A stretch of DNA of 64,000 nt from Lingula anatina (GCA_051362555.1 CM120648.1:16860587-16924586); one strand, 5' to 3'. Shown: positions 20,970-35,254, numbered from the stretch's first letter. Numbers and translations: made by a program. The notes: a model not told the origin generated them from the letters alone.

Positions 20970-21355
20970 CACTAAATTTTGATTCTCCATACTGCAAACA
21001 GCCGACTGTGTTGCACTTATCGAACGATGACCTTAACTGTTTACCTGCTATGACATGGGTCACGCTGATCAAATACGTGCATTCTTGGAAGGTGACACAC
21101 AAATATATTTTATTTGTGAGGATAGCATAGCTACGGACAAGAGCGCAACACTCAGTATTATACAACTGCGGATATACGAACACACCCTGTGTAACTTTTG
21201 CTATCGATTAACAATACGCCTGTGCTTCACTTAGCACAACCCGTCCTTTTCCGTCTTCATTTGAATAATGTAAAAAAAGGGGTTACTTTTAAACTTTTTT
21301 TGAGGGATTAAGAACTAATTACAGCGCCGTTTCTGAGTCAGGGGTACTTGTATGA

Positions 21356-21468
21356 AACCCTGAGCTTCATAGATAACTTGAAATTTACCTCTACACCATA
21401 CCATGGTATAGTGGTATAGTGTACGGTAGTGGTAATTAAGTTCCAAGTTATCTCTGAAGCTCAGGGTG
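21356..21468. mobile_element. 113-bp deletion derivative of the 8983-9586 MITE family
   Basis: ACCCTGAGCTTCATAGATAACTTG...CAAGTTATCTCTGAAGCTCAGGGTG with 8-bp TSD TTGTATGA. Confidence 0.8.
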
Positions 21469-22860
21469 TTGTATGAGGGCTGATACACTGTACATGTACA
21501 TGTATGAGGTCGAGAGTGCCTGAGAGTGATTCCTCCCTCTTATTTGGAGCATGTTTGAACTCAAGAACATCTGAAAGCGGCTTTTGGTCAGTATATTTCT
21601 CTTTTTCCTCTGACTTATCCATGCGTGACGGCACTCGTTGCTGACGCACATTTTCTCACACGCAATTAGAATGTTCAGATTTTTCCAAGTTGTACTTGTG
21701 GTTAAAATTTTGATTTGCTTTTATGTTGAAAATATCATCCCACCTTACCTTGAAAAATAAGTGAAAATCACACCTAACGTCATATTTGATATCAACGTAT
21801 ACGACTTAAATTCATAGAAAACTCATAGAGGATGAATTTCATAATGTCTGTATTTGCCCATATTACACTTATCTAAGGAAATATATATATCAAAATATGC
21901 CTGACAGAAGCCTTCGGTTCTCAAACTAATAACGTTACTTGTAACTCAAAATTTAACAAATAATAGAAAAAGCAAATTTTCATAAAGGCCTGAAAGCGCC
22001 GAGATAAAACAGATGTAAGACTTTTGCGAAAAACTTCAGTCTTACATTTAATTTATTAGCATCATTATTATCATTATCATTGTTATGATTGTTGTTGTTA
22101 TTATTAATATGGCATATGGTATGTACACTATCCATGTACCGTAACAATGCTAAAAATGTCACTGGGAAATAAACTATCACTGCAGTAAAAGACATGGCTG
22201 TTTCCCAGAAAGATCAACCTGCACAGCACTTTTTACTTAAGAATTTCTTTCTTTATTTGTTGCTTTGGCCAAAACTAAGAAAATAATGGGATTTTCTCCA
22301 TTTCTAAAAAGCACCATTTTCTCCGCTATATCCTTTATTGCATTGCAATATCTTTAAAACTGCTGACGCTATTGGACTTGTAAATAAGTAACGTTTCTTT
22401 CTTTCTTTTTATGGGTGGGAGGGAGAGGCGGCCCGATCTATGTTTATACATGTGCGTCAACTGTCACTAAGCGTAAACATAAGAACGAAATGTATGCAGT
22501 TATCCTATACAATGAGAAAAATCTTTAAACTGACCGATTTGATACACAGCAAGCAGTTTGCCTTCTTTTAGGTGTCCATGTTTGAATTTGATATAAACAG
22601 GTTTGTAGTTAAGAGGAGAAGCGCATGAACCTTGGACAAAAATGTCATTCGTTTGACCGCTGTGCAACATTTCACACGTAGTCATTGATAAGACAAATGA
22701 TAAGGTAAATGATCAACTCAATTCAAATAATGATAAAGTAACTCTACTTGGACTTTGCAGAACGCTGATATAATTAAGCTCTTGACTCTTTATCTCATAT
22801 ATTAAATTGAATTTACTTATCTGTTGTTGCATCAGAATTGAAAATATCTCTTCTGAAATT

Positions 22861-22863
<3 letters not shown>

Positions 22864-22917
<54 letters not shown>
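22864..22917. repeat. (TA)n microsatellite
   Basis: Pure TA run; similar runs at ~27697-27738 and ~45795-45854. Confidence 0.95.
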
Positions 22918-22919
<2 letters not shown>

Positions 22920-22922
<3 letters not shown>

Positions 22923-23490
22923 TCAGATCTATGGCCATCAACTGCTTTCATGCAAGGGGATTAATAATTGGGCCACAAAGGTGAAAGACATGTTAACGTG
23001 TCTTGGACTATCTCATGTCTGGGAGCATCAAAGCATTGGATGTAGCATATTATCTAAAATATATGAAGCACGTTAAAATGATAATTTAATTCAGGAAATT
23101 CGTGTAATAATCCAAGAACCATATGAGTTTTTATTATTCAGACACTTGACGGACAGCTTTGACCTGCAATACTACCTGAGAAAAAATATGTCTTTAAAAC
23201 AAGACAAATGATATGTAAATTTAGAATATCAGACCATGAACTCATGATTGAAAACAGGAAATAATGCAACGTGCCAAAAGAAGACGAAAAAGTATGCTAT
23301 CCGACTAAAAATTTATGATGAATTTCATTTTGTATGTATTTACCCACGTTACAGTGATCTAAGGGAAAACATATTCTAAGTATTACTGGCAGAATTGGTA
23401 TTCAAACTTATACAATTACTTGGAACTGAAAATTTAACAGATAGCAGAAATCTTGTCAAACTTTTCACGGAAGCCAGCAAGCGCCGGGAA
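22920..23490 (+). mobile_element. Degraded 3' end of a non-LTR retrotransposon (RTE-X/CR1-like ORF2 tail)
   Basis: 'NWATKVKDMLTCLGLSHVW', 'FDLQYYLRK', 'ICKFRISDHELMIE', 'DEFHFVCIYPRYSDLR' across frameshifts. Confidence 0.75.
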
Positions 23491-25031
23491 AGCATAGATA
23501 TCACTACTCCTATAAGATGACGACAATGGTCTTTGTCTAGGAGGAGATGTAGGGACAGTAATTTTTATTCACCTAATGATACAAACCTAAAAGTACATCC
23601 ACCCTAGCAGATAAAGCTGTCGTAAAAGACATGGTTGTTTCCCAGAAGGATAAAAAAAATTCAAAATGATTCTGAATTATGATATTTACTTGTATATAAT
23701 GCAAAACAAATAACATGTTAAAGCTATCATTTTTTATTTATTACAAAGGGAATTAATATTTAAACAGTACCGAGTGAAACTGCATGGTGGGAGTTACCAA
23801 AATTTCTTGATTACACCCTGTACATCGCAGTAGAGTTTGTCATCCTGTGTTAACGGGGCACAATCAGATCTCAAACGCACAAATGATAGCGCTATAGCTA
23901 CTGACGCAGCAATACTACCATCAAACAACCACTACTTCTCCAAAAACCGGGTTTTACCGTTTTTTTATGATGAAATAGGTGTTTATTTCACATGTAAATA
24001 CCACTAAAAGTGAATACCTACCTTACTGATGTTGATGTGTCTCGGATTAAGCCTAAATTTACTGTAATCTCCCCTCAAATACAGATAAAGTATACTACTC
24101 AAGCAGAACCTCTCGGTCCAATTAATGCGTGTTGATATCACACTGCCTGGCTTTGGTATGGGACAAATACAAATCATATGATCTATTTTCTTTCACATCG
24201 AGGCTGAAAGAAAATGTATCAACATATTTAGTGGGTATTTTTGTGATACATACAGCGGTAGACCCGGCGAAACATCGGTACTGCTAACGGAAGAATATCT
24301 GGGTGAACTTTGAATTCCTTTTGCTCTAATTAAGTTATTTTGATAAAAGAAATACATTTCATCTTTTTGTCCTGCAACTCTCATACACAACTAATAGCAC
24401 CATGACTGTTGACACAAAAATGCTAACTTCAAACAACCAACTAGAATGAGTCAACCTGACTGCGCAATTTATATTCACAGTATTGGAAAAACTCACGTCC
24501 ATGATACAGTGCCGCCGGAATCTCCCCTTACTTACCCTCCGGGTCGCTGCGGGTTACATACGGACGGCCTGGCTCGGTTACTATGGAAATAACATTGTCA
24601 ACGCTGTTTGGTTTCTGTTAACAATAGTTCCATACCCTGCCCGTCGGGCAATTGTCGTGACAAACTTTCTGCTAACAAAAGAGCCTAACCCTAGCTAGCT
24701 GAGATAAAGATCGCAGGTGAGCGTGGTCGCAATTAAGTGTTCGTCCAAGCGTTAATTGACCTTTAATGCGCGGTTGCTTCACTCTACTTTGGTCACTCTA
24801 CTCTGATACGGAGATTTTAAGTATAAGAACTTGCCAACGGTGATTTTTAAAAGTCGCTTTCCCAAAAAGATTCGGTGATGACAGCAATTTTTGTGTACAT
24901 TGTAGCTATGAATTGATTGAATTTACATAGAGTTTAAGAAATGAATTTGAGTTTATTAAAGATCAAATAAAACACTACTTGTACATGTAATATTTATTAG
25001 GCTTCAAACTGTCTTTACTATATACATATTG

Positions 25032-25427
25032 TTAACAAGATCGAAATTTATTTTTATAGTATGTCCTTATATTTCTATTAGTTTTGTTCATAGACGAAAT
25101 GCATTTTTTCCAAAAAGACTTGTCAGTTGTTTCAGTGATAAACATTTTGTTAGCCATATCTTTAATATAGTTCAGTCTATATTTGCATAAAGGATCTCTC
25201 CCATCTACACCCGTAACATTTCTGTCCTTTCGTATTCGTTCATCAATCGTAAACAACCTTCCCATTAACTGAACGCAAAAGTTGTCTGGGGAACTGGCCC
25301 GTTGTCGAATTTCGAAGATTTCTTTATTTGACAAGGCGACGGGTGGCCGGCCGAAAGACTGATTCCTTGATTCTGTAGGACACAAAGTAGGAACTGTTTC
25401 TCTATCATTGTTTGATATGTAATTCAA
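25032..25427 (-). CDS. BEN-domain coding segment, probably a terminal exon
   Basis: 'SSPDNFCVQLMGRLFTIDER...NVTGVDGRDPLCKYRLNYIK...FWKKCISSMNK' fits the BEN pattern. No upstream ATG; candidate acceptor ttcctactttgtgtcctacag| at 25373; AATAAA at 24998-24993. Confidence 0.72.
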   Translation of the reverse strand: MNYISNNDRETVPTLCPTESRNQSFGRPPVALSNKEIFEIRQRASSPDNFCVQLMGRLFTIDERIRKDRNVTGVDGRDPLCKYRLNYIKDMANKMFITETTDKSFWKKCISSMNKTNRNIRTYYKNKFRSC

Positions 25428-27695
25428 AACGATAGGAATAGTTCATCTTTACGATCCAAAGCCCAAACTTAACCAAAAGCCTTCTTCATAAAAGAAATTA
25501 ATTAAAAAACTGGATTACAATCTCTCGGGCTAACTTCACTGGTTGGCACGTGTCATCTCACATTAATTAACAATCAGTTCAGGTTAGCTTTATTCATGCT
25601 TGGTAAACACAGTGATTAAGCCCTGACTATTACATAATCACTACTGTGTGACACGCGTCGTCTAAAATTAATGTTAACATTGCGATGACGCTCTTCAATC
25701 CAAACTAATCAATTGCACATAATTCTAAATCAACTGACACGTGACAACAGGATTGTTTGTGTATCTGGACTTCCTAAATGGCCAATAAGTATTTTGTTTA
25801 ATATAATGATACCATAGACGATCAACTATAATCATATATGATAAAGTTTCTCTACTTGGACTCGGCACAACACTGATATAAGTAAGCTTTTGACTTTTTA
25901 TCTTAAATATTAAATTTAATTGACTTGTTAGTTGTTGTACAGGGTGACCCCCCCCCCCCAAAAAAAAAATAAATAAATAAAGATTATTTAATTTAATGGA
26001 CCTTTAAAGGTTTTAATAAATTTTTTATAGATTCTGTTTTATTTTATTTTATTTTATTTCATTTTATTTTATTTTATTTGGGGTGGGGGTGGGGGGGGGG
26101 GGGGGCCTGTATCAAAATTGAAAATATTTCTCTAAAATTCTTTTATTTTATCTTAGATATATCTTATATATCTATCAATTTTTCATGTGCCAATTTATAA
26201 TTTGTAATCGTATTTGGAAAATATTTTAAACTGGTGGTCTGACTCCAGAAACCTAGAATAAACAGTATATGTGCATAGTGCACACACTGGACAATAGAAG
26301 TGTCACCCGTTCTGAATCAATACTTTGGGGGAGATAAATGACTATGAAATGATATGCTCCTGGTATCATTTTATTAATATATTAATTTCACAAAAAGACC
26401 AACAATATAATTCCATGGTACAGCGGTTTTATACTCATTAATCACATTATAAGTAGACAAGGCATTATAACTTCGATTACTCTGATACTCTGGGGTGACA
26501 CTTCTATTGCCCAGTGTGTGTAAATATAACAAGGCAGCAAAGCTGTCAAATGTACAGACAAAAAAAAAAAAAACAACAGAAAATAAAGATGCAAATAAGT
26601 GAAAAATTAAATTTTCACAAAAAACTGTTAAATTGCCAGAAAAATTTACCAAACAGACTGCATTGCCTACTGAAGCTGTATTTTAGTCCCATGTTTCTTT
26701 CCTGATTTTGATGCAATATTACATAATGTTTAACAGCTTAATGACCATCAATTTTTAATTATTAAGTATTTGTATCACAAATATTCAGAAAATGCGACGA
26801 GCAAAGGTCTTCAGGCCCATGGAACTTCAAAGTCACACCTTGAAAATGCCAAAATGTAAACAAGACAGCACTGTTCTGAAATGGGTTTATTTCCATTTTT
26901 AACACTTTTTTAACATAAAACAAAATAAACATTTCACTGCCATTTTATATGACCAACTAAGAAAATTGATGAGATGGGAAAAGTATCAATAGAACAGTGT
27001 TAAATGTCCAATTTCCTCCATTCTGAGATTCTGAACATAGTGGATGATTGAATCTGACAAACTGCACTGATATGAGTTTATTTCCATTTTTGACACTTTA
27101 TTACACAATACATGATAACAAGTTTACCATGTTTTTTACATAATCAACTAACAATGTTGTAAAGATGCAGGAAATATCAAACAAACACTTTTAGGCATCT
27201 TATTAGTTAAATAATGAGACTGTTTACATGCCTTATAATTGAATCTGAGGAAATGTGAAAAAACAGTATAACTTCTAAAATAATGGCCCGATTATGCTGA
27301 TTTTCGAACTCAACCTGCGTTTTAGTAACATTGACCACTCCTGTGAGTATAATTACAATTGGCCAATCCGTTGCATTTATATTGAAAATAGTGAAAAAAC
27401 AGCATAAATTCCCTAAAAATGGCCCAATCATGCTGATTTTCGAACTTGACCTGCATATTATGAATATTCATCAGTTCTGTAAGTTTCAAGTCAAAAGGTA
27501 AAATGGTTTTCCACTTATCGTGTTATCGGTGCTGCATATATGCTGAAAAAAGTGAAAAAATACAGAAAATGTGCAGAGCTTCAGGCGGTTAAATATCACA
27601 AATGCAAGTGTTTGAGAAAAAAGTTATTAAGGAAAATAAACAAAACTAGATAGGCACTCCGAGAGTGCAGACCTCTGCCCAGGCAGCAATTGTTG

Positions 27696-27742
<47 letters not shown>

Positions 27743-27751
27743 TACCTGCAT

Positions 27752-30527
27752 AATTGTACCACCAGCGTTAGCGCTGGCGGTACACATGGTTTCGGTCTCG
27801 TCCGGATCGTTCCGCCGGCTCCGCCGGCTCCGTTGGCTCCGCCGGCTCCGCCGGACGGCTACCGTTACCGCTTCTCCTCCTAGACGGTAAAGGCCCCCAT
27901 ACCCATCTCATGGATTTAGGTCACCTATAATCTCAACTCGTTCCACGTAAAATTTGGGCTTTGTCGGTATTGGGGTCTGGGTGTGGCACTCATTGCAATG
28001 CACCCTTGTCTAAAAATGGCAAAATTAAATGCTAATTATCTACCCTACGGAAGGAGTTATGGGAAAAATTTCTATAGACGGCTTTCCAAAAGTCATATGT
28101 GTAGATTTCAAATATACCCTTGGATTTGACCTTTGACCTTTACTCCAAGGTCAAATGGGCCAAAATTTTCAAAAAAATGAAATTTTTTACGAAAAAAATT
28201 TTTTTTGCCCTGTTATTCAAACACCACACAGACTTAACCAATAATATTATTGGAAGGTGTTACCTTTCAGGTCATCTTTCATCTCCATGAATTTGGGGTC
28301 AATCGGTGCATTTTCACGGGAGTAGCGGCCATAAGATACCGAAACTGAAAACTGTCTCTAATTCGGGAACCGTTAATGCTAGAGACCCATTCTTTTTTGC
28401 ATTTTGTAGAGCATGTAAAGCCCAACACTGGAGGTGGTCTCGGTTTTTTTGTATTCCATACGGTTTTCGAGTTACGCTGTATCAAAAAGTACATATTGGT
28501 GGTAAAAGCAAAATGTGCAGTACGGTAATGGATAATAAATTTTGAACTCTGGAAAAATAAAACATAAGGCTCGGCAAAGCAGACAACTTGTGTTCAAAAA
28601 TGACATTATTTCATCAAATTTGAACTTCTGAAACTTCAGAGCACCTCCTATTTCAAGAATTTTGACCAAAATGACATTTTCTTTATTTTAATTAATTTTT
28701 TCTGTACGAAATTTAAGGCACATTATGGTAACTCCAAAATTATAACATTTAGTCCCTTATATCTCAAAAACTGGCAGAGATAGGACCATAGTTACTATTG
28801 AAGTTGAATAGGAAGTCATATACTGGCAATCTTACTATGACCTTGAAAGTGACCTTTGACCTACTTTTCACCATGAACTGAACTTTGCAAATTTTTCTTC
28901 CCTTTTATCTCCAAAACTGGCAGAGATAGGTCCATAGTTACTATTGAACTTGAATAGGAAGTCATATACCGGCAATCTTACTATGACCTTGAAAGTGACC
29001 TTTGACCTACTTTTCACCATGAACTGAACTTTGCAAATTTTTCTTCCCTTTTATCTCCAAAACTGGCAGAGATAGGTCCATAGTTACTATTGAACTTGAA
29101 TAGGAAGTCATATACTGGCAATCTAAATGTGACCTTAAAATTGACCTTTGACCTACTTTTCACCATAAACTGAACTTTGCAAAACTTGCTTTCCTTTTAT
29201 CTCCAAAACTGGCAGAGATAGGTCCATAGTTACTATTGAACTTGAATAGGAAGTCATATACTGGCAATCTAAATGTGACCTTAAAATTGACCTTTGACCT
29301 ACTTTACACCATGAACTGAATTTTGCAAATTTTGCTTTCCTTTTATCTCCAAAACTGGCTGAGATAGGTCCGTAGTTACTATTGAACTTGAATAGGAAGT
29401 CATATACTGGCAATCTAAATGTGACCTCAAAATTGACCTTTGACCTACTTTACACCATGAACTGAATTTTGCAAATTTTGCTTTCCTTTTATCTCCAAAA
29501 CTGGCTGAGATAGGTCCATAGTTACTATTGAACTTGAATAGGAAGTCATATACTGGCAATCTAAATGTGACCTCAAAATTGACCTTTGACCTACTTTTCA
29601 CCATAAACTGAACTTTGCAAATTTTGCTTCCCTTTTATCTCCAAAACTGGCAGAGATAGGTCCATAGTTACTATTGAACTTGAATAGGAAGTCATATACT
29701 GGCAATCTAAATGTGACCTTGAAATTGACCTTTGACCTACTTTTCACCATGAACTGAACTTTGCAAATTTTGCTTTCCTTTTATCTCCAAAACTGGCAGA
29801 GATAGGTCCATAGTTACTATTGAACTTGAAAAGGAAGTCATATACTGGCAATCTAAATGTGACCTTAAAATTGACCTTTGACCTACTTTACACCATAAAC
29901 TGAATTTTGCAAATTTTGCTTTCCTTTTATCTCCAAAACTGGCTGAGATAGGTCCATAGTTACTATTGAACTTGAAAAGGAAGTCATATACTGGCAATCT
30001 AAATGTGACCTTAAAATTGACCTTTGACCTACTTTACACCATAAACTGAATTTTGCAAATTTTGCTTTCCTTTTATCTCCAAAACTGGCTGAGATAGGTC
30101 CGTAGTTACTATTGAACTTGAATAGCAAGTCATATACTGGCAATCTAAATGTGACCTTGAAATTAACCTTTGACCTACTTTTTATCATGAACTGAACTCT
30201 GCTAATTTCTTTCTCTTTTAACTTCAAACTTGACAGAGATAGGTCCATAGTTACTCTTGAACTTGAATAGGAAGTCATATACTGGCAATTTACTGTGACC
30301 TTGAAATTGACCTTTGACCTACCTTACGAAGAACTTAAATTTGATTGTACCATATATATTTTTTGCAATAGTTTAAAAATTCTTGTTGATTGCATTTTTA
30401 CAGCTTGTCAAGCACAAAACTGGTGGCTGTGTCCCTTATTTTGTGTATGTGGGGGTCTATACGCATGCGCTTGCTCCAGCTGGTGGTACAATATTCGGAG
30501 GCGGTATCGCCTCTCTGATCCTCTAGT
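27752..30527 (-). mobile_element. Helentron-type HINE family B with 146-bp tandem array
   Basis: Ends AACTAGAGGATCAG...TGTACCACCAGC and terminal hairpin GTACCGCCAGCGCTAACGCTGGTGGTAC; inverted relative to 50748-58984. Confidence 0.78.
28760..30320 (-). repeat. 146-bp tandem array (~10-11 units)
   Basis: GACCTTTGACCTAC recurs every 146 bp (e.g. 28851, 28997). Confidence 0.92.
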
Positions 30528-33438
30528 TTACCTCCATAATTATCACTGCTTCCTTATTATTAATCTAGCAGAGAGCTTAACCTTTGGGAGTTTACAGGGA
30601 GATATCAACAAGTGTGCTTTATGTAATCTCATTAAATGGCCTATTAATAATCAATTAGGCAAATTACTTTATAACTCAGAGCCTAGCTAAGTGATACCCA
30701 AGGGAAATTTACAGACTGACCCTGTCAAAGACCCTTCAGGCCCATAAGTCACATCTTAAGAAAAGCACAAAACAATAATGCACAAAATAGGAGACTACCA
30801 ATTCTGATGAAATGATACATTATGTTTAACTGCAAAGTCAACATCATATTTTAATTATGCACAGCAGGTAACACCAACCAAAGTAAAAGCATAAGGCTTC
30901 AGGCCCATCAGAGTTCAAGTTTATACTTAGAAAGTGCCAGAATAAAAAAATGAAAATTTCACACAAAATTGCATAAATTCAATAATAAACGATAACCCAA
31001 TTGACCTAGCTTTCTAATTTTAACTGCATGCCAATCCTAAAAATCATTCTCATAAGTTAAAAATAATAATAAGTAACACAGTTTTCTTTTCATAATGTTT
31101 GCAGTAGCAGTACAAAAAGATTATTGTAAATTTTGATGTAACATTGCATAATAAATTATAGAATAATTATCACCAATTTTTGATTATTGATTACAAATAG
31201 CATGGACATGTAGAAAATTTGATTACCATTCGGCTTCATGTCCATGGGAGCTCCGAGTCCCACAATGAATATGCCAAAAAGTTAATGAATATTTCACTCA
31301 AATGTATAACTTCCAGAAAAAGAAGCCAATTAGACTGCTTTTCCAACTCAGGCTGCATTTTAGTACAGTGTTTCTTTTTTTAAGGTTTGACAGTCATAAG
31401 TAACACGGTTTTCCCATCATGGTCATCATGGCAGCAGCACCAAAAATTTTCTTCTATTCTGAAGCAACATTACATAATGCTTAACAGCATATATGACCAT
31501 CAATTTTTATTTAATAGAATATTAGTAACATGGACTTTCAGAAAACATGACAAGCAAAGGTCTTCAGAATCATGGAACTTCAAAGTCACACCTTGAAAAT
31601 GCCAATAAGTGAAAAATTAAATTTTCACAAAAAACTGTTTAACTGCCAGAAAAAATTACCAAACAGACTGCATTGCCTACTGAAGCTGTATTTTAGACCC
31701 ACATTTCTTTCCTGTAAGTTTGATAACAGTAAGTGACATGATTTTCTTTAAATGGTCATCATGGGAGCAGTGCCCAAAATATGGGTTTCTTCGAATCTTG
31801 ATGCAATATTACATAATGTTTAACAGCATAATGACCATCAATTTTTAATCATAAAATATTAGTATCATGGATATTCAGAAAATGTGACTAGCAAAGATCT
31901 GCAGGCTCATGGAACTTCAAAGTCACATCTTAAAAATGCCAAACTGTAAAAAAGACAGCACTGTTCTGAAATGGGTTTATTTCCATTTTAACACTTTTTA
32001 AACAAAACAAAATAAACAGTATACTTCCATTTTTATATGACCAACTAAGAAAATTGATGAGATGGGAAAACTATCAATAGAAAAGTGTTAAATGTCCAAT
32101 TTCCTCCATTCTGAGATTCTGAACATAGTTGATGATTGAATCTAACAAACTGCAGTATGATATGATATGAGTTTATTTCCATTTTTGACACTTTATTACA
32201 CAATACACGATATCAAGTTTACCATCATTTTTACATAATCAACTAACAATGTTGTAAAGATGCAGGAAATATCAAACAAACACTTTTACGTATCTTATTA
32301 GTTAAATAATGAGACTGTTAACATGCTTAAGAATTGAATCTGAGGAAATGTGAAAAAACAGCATAACTTCTAAAATAATGGCCAGATTATGCTGATTTTC
32401 CAACTCAACCTGCATTTTAGTAAGATTGACCACTCCTGTAAGTATAATGACAATTGGCCTATCTGTTTTTCTTATATAGTGTTATCAGTGTTGCATATAT
32501 GTTGAAAAAAGTGAAAAAATAGCATAACTCCCCTAAAAATGGCTTGATCATGCTGATTTTCGAACTTGGTCTGCGGATTATGAATCTTCATCAGTTTTGT
32601 AAGTTTGAATCCAAAAAGTAAAGTGGTTTTCCACTTATCGTGTTATCGGTGCTGCATATATGCTGAAAAAAGTAAAAAAAAACAGCATAACTTCCCTACA
32701 AGTCACCCAATCATGCTGATTTTCAAACTTGACCTGCGTATTATAAATATTTATCAGTTCTGTAAGTTTCAAGGCAAAAGCCAAAACGGTTTTCCATTTA
32801 TCGTGTTATCGGTGCTGTATATATGCTGAAAAAAGAGAAAAAATAGCCTAAATTCACTAAAAAATGACCCAATCATGCCGATTTTCGAACTTGACCTGCG
32901 TATTATGAATATTTATCAGTTCTGTAAGTTTCAAGCCAAAAAGTAAAACAGTTTTCCATTTATCGTGTTATCGGTGCTTCATTTATGCTGAAAAAAGTGA
33001 AAAAACAGCATAAATTCCCTATAAGTGACCCGATCATGCTGATTTTCGAACTTGACCTGCGTATTATGAATATTCATCAGTTCTCTAAGTTTCAAAGCAA
33101 AAGAAAAAACAGTTTTCCACTTATCGTGTTATCGGTAAAAGTGCACGGCGACAACGGCGACGGCGACGACAGACGCAGATGATGGCTATATGTACAGACG
33201 CATCTGTGTCTGTACATAAAAACAGCATAAATTCCCTAATAGTGACCCGATCATGCTGATTTTCGAACTTGACCTGCGTATTATGAATATTCATCAGTTC
33301 TGCAAGTTTCAAGTCAAAAGGTAAAATGGTTTTCCACTTATCGTGTTATCGGTAAAAGTGCACGGCGACGGCGACGACGGCAACGACAGACGCAGATGAT
33401 GGCTATATGTTCAGACACATCTGTGTCTGTACATAAAA

Positions 33439-33840
33439 AGGGGAGGATCCAGGGTTATTTCAGGGGGGCTCAGATGCGAAGCTCCATCATCCCCCCCCTT
33501 ATCTCCCAAAATTATGGTATTTTAGGACGCATTCCCATAGATTTTAGATCGATGTATCCCCGTGGGGAGTCTCACTAGATTACTGTCAGATAATCCGACT
33601 TGAATGTCCGTCCCACCTACTACAAGCTAAAAGGGGGTAATTAACTTTCGTGCCCGCTTGGCTGACAGCTATTTAGCGTGAACCCCCAGGGAGTAAGGTG
33701 GATGCAGTTGGATCGATATAATCTCTGGGAATGGAGTCTTAGAGTGCTAGTCACATTCTAATTTCAGGATGGGACCATTGGTTTTTCAAAAATTGAAAGG
33801 GGAGGTGCAGGACCCCACTGACCCCCTTAATCCGCCACTT
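33439..33840 (+). mobile_element. hAT-like MITE (GGGGCGGATCCAGG...ATCCGCCACT) with nested ~210-bp MITE at 33523-33741
   Basis: Related copies at 35708-35961 and ~36740-36985; no clean TSD seen. Confidence 0.55.
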
Positions 33841-34905
33841 TACCCAGAAAGTGACCATCTTCACTCATGTCCAGTGTATTCTTAAGGCTGATGACCAGCC
33901 TCTGAAGTGGAATGTAAGTAATTGTTAACAGGCCTGTGGGGAGGGAGGGGGGAGGAGGTCATCTGGAATGATGATCATGAAAATAAAGTAGTTCTTAAGG
34001 GGGAGGGGGTAGATTTCAAATAAAAAGTGCATAGGAAGTATCAGTTATTTTCTGAAACCGTGGATGGATGCGTGGCCCTGGGGGGGGGGGGGGGGGGGGG
34101 GTAAGTCAGAAAGTGGGTAGGAAGAATCAATATCTATAATATACCGTATCTTTAATTCTGTATGGTGGGTGTCAGCTCACTCAGATTTTAGACTTTGGAT
34201 ATAATGTAACTCCAAATCCTTGTGCAGGGAGTTGTGCCCAGGGAGTTTGGTTAGTAATTCCTCAGGTATAGTACAACATGCACTGCACCGTTTGAGATAC
34301 TTGTCAAATTGATATAATAGGTTAATTATTGCAACTGATTACCATTTATGCAAAATACAACTGTGATTATGTTTAAAGTTTGCATTGTTACAATTATAAA
34401 GATAAAATAGATTCAATGTTACCAATATAAGCAAATTAAGTAGCCGAACACTCTGTAACCATGCTAATGATTTTGGTGTTCTCTTTCCAGGCCACAGTCC
34501 ATAGACCATTTAGAAGATCCACAGCTTTCAATGAGATGACATATTCTTTTATTTCACTTACAAGAGAGATGTGAAAAATGGCGATTCCCTTTGCAATTGA
34601 GGGATATTTTGAAAAAATTTACCAAATTTGAGAACATTTTAGTCAAGGTATGAAATAGTTACAGGACTGAGACAGCAGATACATTTTTCCAGCTTAGGCA
34701 ACCATTCTAATTATTAAGAAGGCATTTTCCATTATATTATTGTAAAACTAAATCTTAGAAGTTTTTTACAATAATCAATATTATGTGTAATCTGGTAAGT
34801 ATTTTGAAAATCTTACCTAATATCCAGACATTTTACTTTTACTTCTATTCCAACATTTTAATTAAAAACTAGACAATAAAGCTTGCAAATATACAGTTAC
34901 CAAGA

Positions 34906-35200
34906 AACAAGGCAGCAAAGCTGTCAAATGTTCAGACATTCTGCAGAAAAAGTGCACAAAATGATGTTTTGGCCAATTTTGATGCACTGTTACATAATAG
35001 CATAATCACTCTTAACTTCTTACATAATGCGCTACAGGTAACATGAAAAACTAGCTACTGAGTCAGTTCCATGAGATATAAAAGCCACTGAAAATGCCAA
35101 TATGTGAATAATGAAGATTTCACAAAAGAAAAAAAAAAAAAAACAATTATCACAGTTAATGTAAACCGATCATGCTGATTTTCAAAAGCAACCTGCCTAT
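34906..35200 (+). mobile_element. Diverged 5' fragment of HINE family A
   Basis: AACAAGGCAGCAAAGCTGTCAAATGTTCAGAC start followed by degenerate units. Confidence 0.6.
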
Positions 35201-35254
35201 TTACCAAACAAAGCCACTGAGTAAATTGTAAGTAAAAATTATGGTTTGGCAGTT

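Larger units (their letters stand above)
26528..33438 (+). mobile_element. Helentron-type HINE family A (composite copy with nested families B and C)
   Basis: 5' AACAAGGCAGCAAAGCTGTCAAATGTACAGAC; ~161-bp tandem units; (GGCGAC)n; 3' hairpin TGTACAGACACATCTGTGTCTGTACA then TAAAA; 3' end duplicated. Confidence 0.75.

Noticed and set aside
21448-21651. Overlapping short ORFs
   Set aside because: No recognisable domain; they run into a MITE.
29153-30278. Recurrent ORFs 'MPVYDFLFKF...' (also 53882-57884)
   Set aside because: Chance frames in the 146-bp satellite.
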